This document shows positions 61,991-64,000 of a stretch of 64,000 nt of DNA, piece after piece. Origin of the DNA: an uncultured Nitrospiraceae bacterium (GTDB lineage: Bacteria > Nitrospirota > Thermodesulfovibrionia > Thermodesulfovibrionales > SM23-35); the NCBI GenBank assembly GCA_963727775.1, contig CAVSHB010000002.1, positions 576,001 to 640,000 of the forward strand, written 5' to 3'. The number at the start of each line of letters is the position of its first letter. Position 1 is the stretch's first letter. A program made the position numbers and the translations under genes. The notes beneath the pieces were generated by a model. The model made no database searches, had not been told where the DNA came from, and saw nothing but the letters and a program-made list of their open reading frames with translations.

Positions 61991-63189
61991 TTATAGATTG
62001 AATATCTTTTTCTGAACTTTCTGTTGAATTCCATAGACTGCTCTCGCCACCACTCTTCCATCGTATTGAGCTTTTTGCCTTGTTCTATATATCCTCTCAA
62101 CTTGTCCGTTCCCGCGAGGATATCGATCGGCATCTTTTTTGCTTCATACTCGTATGGCGGCTTTTTCCATGCGAAATGTTCAGGATAAAGGTCGTGAATA
62201 CTCTTAATGACTGCAACTCCGGTCTTGAACGGTCTGAATCTTTCTCTGTTTACGATATGAATTTGTGCTCCTCCGCATAGTTGACCTGCATATTTTTGAA
62301 AGGTGGGCTGGAAATACATCGGCCTGAAAACTACTCCGGGTAATTTGAAGCTCATGAGAAGACCTGCCAGCTCATCAGGATCTATGAAAGTAGCTCCGAA
62401 TATCTCAAATGGTCTCGTAGTGCCTCTGCCTTCGCTGATATTTGTTCCTTCAAGCAGGCACATCCCCGGATAAACTATTGCTGTATCGAGTGCCGGCATA
62501 TTCGGAGAGGGCATAACCCAAGGCAGTCCGGTGTTATCGAACCACATCTTTCTGTACCAGTTCTGCATTGGTATGAGATGAAAATCCAATGAAGAATAGA
62601 ATTCGTTTCTGAAATAATTTGCAATTTCTCCGATTGTCAAACCATGACGGACAGGCAACGGGCGCTGTCCTACAAAAGACGCAAAATCCATATTCAGGAC
62701 AGGGCCTTCTGTAATAGATCCGCCGATGGGATTCGGCCTGTCGAGTACGACAATCGATTTATTCGCATTAAGACATGCCTGCATGCACAACTCCAGTGTC
62801 CATATGAAGGTATAATAACGGGAGCCCACATCCTGCATGTCGATCACGAGGACGTCTATATCTTTCAGCATGGAGGGTACGGGTTTTCTTGCGCGGCCAT
62901 AAAGGCTGAAAACGGGGAGGCCTGTCTGCTGGTCATGAAACCCTTCCCATTCCACCATGTTGTCCTGGGTTTCCCCTCGTATCCCGTGTTGAGGTCCGAA
63001 GAGCGCCTTTAACGCAAACTTTTTTGATTTGATAAACAGATTGACGGAATGTTCCAGGTTTTTATTTACGGACGCGGGATGTGCAAGCAGACCTATCCTG
63101 GAACCTATTAATTCTTTTGGCCATTTCTTTTCGAAAAGGTCGGCTCCTGATAGGACGCGCTCATGAAATTTCTTTTTATTGATCATCAT
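61987..63189 (-). CDS. namZ: Exo-beta-N-acetylmuramidase (DUF1343/YbbC)
   Basis: FGPQHG, SLYG, DMQDVGSRYYT, LDRPNP, RHGLTIGE, PSPNMP, SEGRGTTRPFE. Confidence 0.85.
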   Translation of the reverse strand: MMINKKKFHERVLSGADLFEKKWPKELIGSRIGLLAHPASVNKNLEHSVNLFIKSKKFALKALFGPQHGIRGETQDNMVEWEGFHDQQTGLPVFSLYGRARKPVPSMLKDIDVLVIDMQDVGSRYYTFIWTLELCMQACLNANKSIVVLDRPNPIGGSITEGPVLNMDFASFVGQRPLPVRHGLTIGEIANYFRNEFYSSLDFHLIPMQNWYRKMWFDNTGLPWVMPSPNMPALDTAIVYPGMCLLEGTNISEGRGTTRPFEIFGATFIDPDELAGLLMSFKLPGVVFRPMYFQPTFQKYAGQLCGGAQIHIVNRERFRPFKTGVAVIKSIHDLYPEHFAWKKPPYEYEAKKMPIDILAGTDKLRGYIEQGKKLNTMEEWWREQSMEFNRKFRKRYSIYK

Positions 63190-63280
63190 TTATTTTGATT
63201 CTTATTAGTCTACCTTCAAACGGTTATTTTTGAAATATGAATTTACAGCAGATGAGGCTTTGATATGATTAAGTTACGAT

Positions 63281-63421
63281 TAATTCCCATACCCCGCCGT
63301 CTCTGCGGCGGGCACCTTGCGTCGTCGGGGTGCAGGGCGTCGGAGCGAAGCGCAGACCCTTGCCGACCCACGGGGTCTAATACCCCGTGGTGTCGAAACG
63401 AGCAAAGCGAGTTTAGTTTAT
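63281..63421. mobile_element. ~141-bp non-autonomous palindromic element, copy 2
   Basis: Near-identical to 28128-28269. Confidence 0.85.
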
Positions 63422-63464
63422 TCCGCTTTGGGCTGGCATTACGCCCCAAGAATTTAAAGAGCCA

Positions 63465-64000
63465 ATGAAGATATTCCAAGGTAAAAACGTTGAAGATAAA
63501 GATGAGATGCAGGACTTATTAGCTCAATTAGCCCAAGTGACAAAAATTGAATGCTCGGATTGCTCGTTAACTATGGAGGAGTTAAATAAACTGAAACAAC
63601 TTTGCAAAGCAGGGGGATTCGACATTGAGCATGATAGGAAAAGAATTGAGGAAGTAATTGACTTTCAGTTAGTTGCTCCAAACGAGACAAAGCCTTTTCA
63701 GTACGTGATTGAAGCCCACTTCCCTTTGTCTCACGGTATTCCATTGCAGCGGTTGATGACAATAATAGAGACGTCCAAAATAGCCACAAAAAGTACTGAA
63801 TCGCGCTTCAGGGATGTTTTCCCGATCTTTGACACGAAAGGCTATAAGTCCATTGGTAATGATGTACTTCTATTAAATGTCTCAAACCAGCCTATTGTCT
63901 CAAATGAAGTTAAACAAACCATATTTGTTAAGTCAAACTCTGTTACCCTCACATATTGGGCGCGCCATTTTCACTGGGAGCAGGACAGAGGTCAGCCAGC
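63465..64000 (+). CDS. Hypothetical protein, runs off the window end
   Basis: Stop-free frame MKIFQGKNVEDKDEMQDLLAQ...WARHFHWEQDRGQP; no family recognised. Confidence 0.55.
   Translation, partial: MKIFQGKNVEDKDEMQDLLAQLAQVTKIECSDCSLTMEELNKLKQLCKAGGFDIEHDRKRIEEVIDFQLVAPNETKPFQYVIEAHFPLSHGIPLQRLMTIIETSKIATKSTESRFRDVFPIFDTKGYKSIGNDVLLLNVSNQPIVSNEVKQTIFVKSNSVTLTYWARHFHWEQDRGQP

Overview
Bacterial chromosomal window, probably from an anaerobic Gram-negative bacterium. The gene content and repeat types suggest Nitrospirota/Thermodesulfovibrionia or Desulfobacterota, which is an inference only. 1-15.9 kb is an accessory, IS-rich region. It holds a CsgG-like protein, a GH44 glycoside hydrolase behind a c-di-GMP-I riboswitch, HU, ApbE, a K+ channel and RlpA. 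Its mobile elements are two 1846-bp IS1634 copies (one splits a small six-Cys secreted peptide gene), an IS110 remnant with a bridge-RNA-like non-coding tail, and an IS200-type Y1 transposase. 15.9-27.7 kb is a nitrogen/molybdenum regulon with three similarly built sigma54 promoters: nifB-like, small ORF, mop (pseudo), modABC, hesA, thiS/moaD; then an HTH-only minigene, porin, amtB, P-II; then amtB2 (frameshifted), glnA. 27.7-32 kb is decayed DNA (cysC and a surface-protein pseudogene) with vapBC and an IS1380. 32-53.5 kb is mostly housekeeping (rsmE, lspA, ileS, EF-G-like, panC, RACo/AcsV-like, lysC, cimA, ispG, mltG, groESL with CIRCE) plus a DUF2844/DUF3443 pair. 53.5-64 kb holds a rhomboid remnant, a 13-heme cytochrome c/cytochrome b pair, an RNA-chaperone cluster (csp, unknown, RRM, khpA, DEAD-box, RNase H-like) and namZ with a MurU-AmgK fusion. 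No rRNA, tRNA or CRISPR array was seen. All family calls come from motif recognition by eye; no database searches were run.
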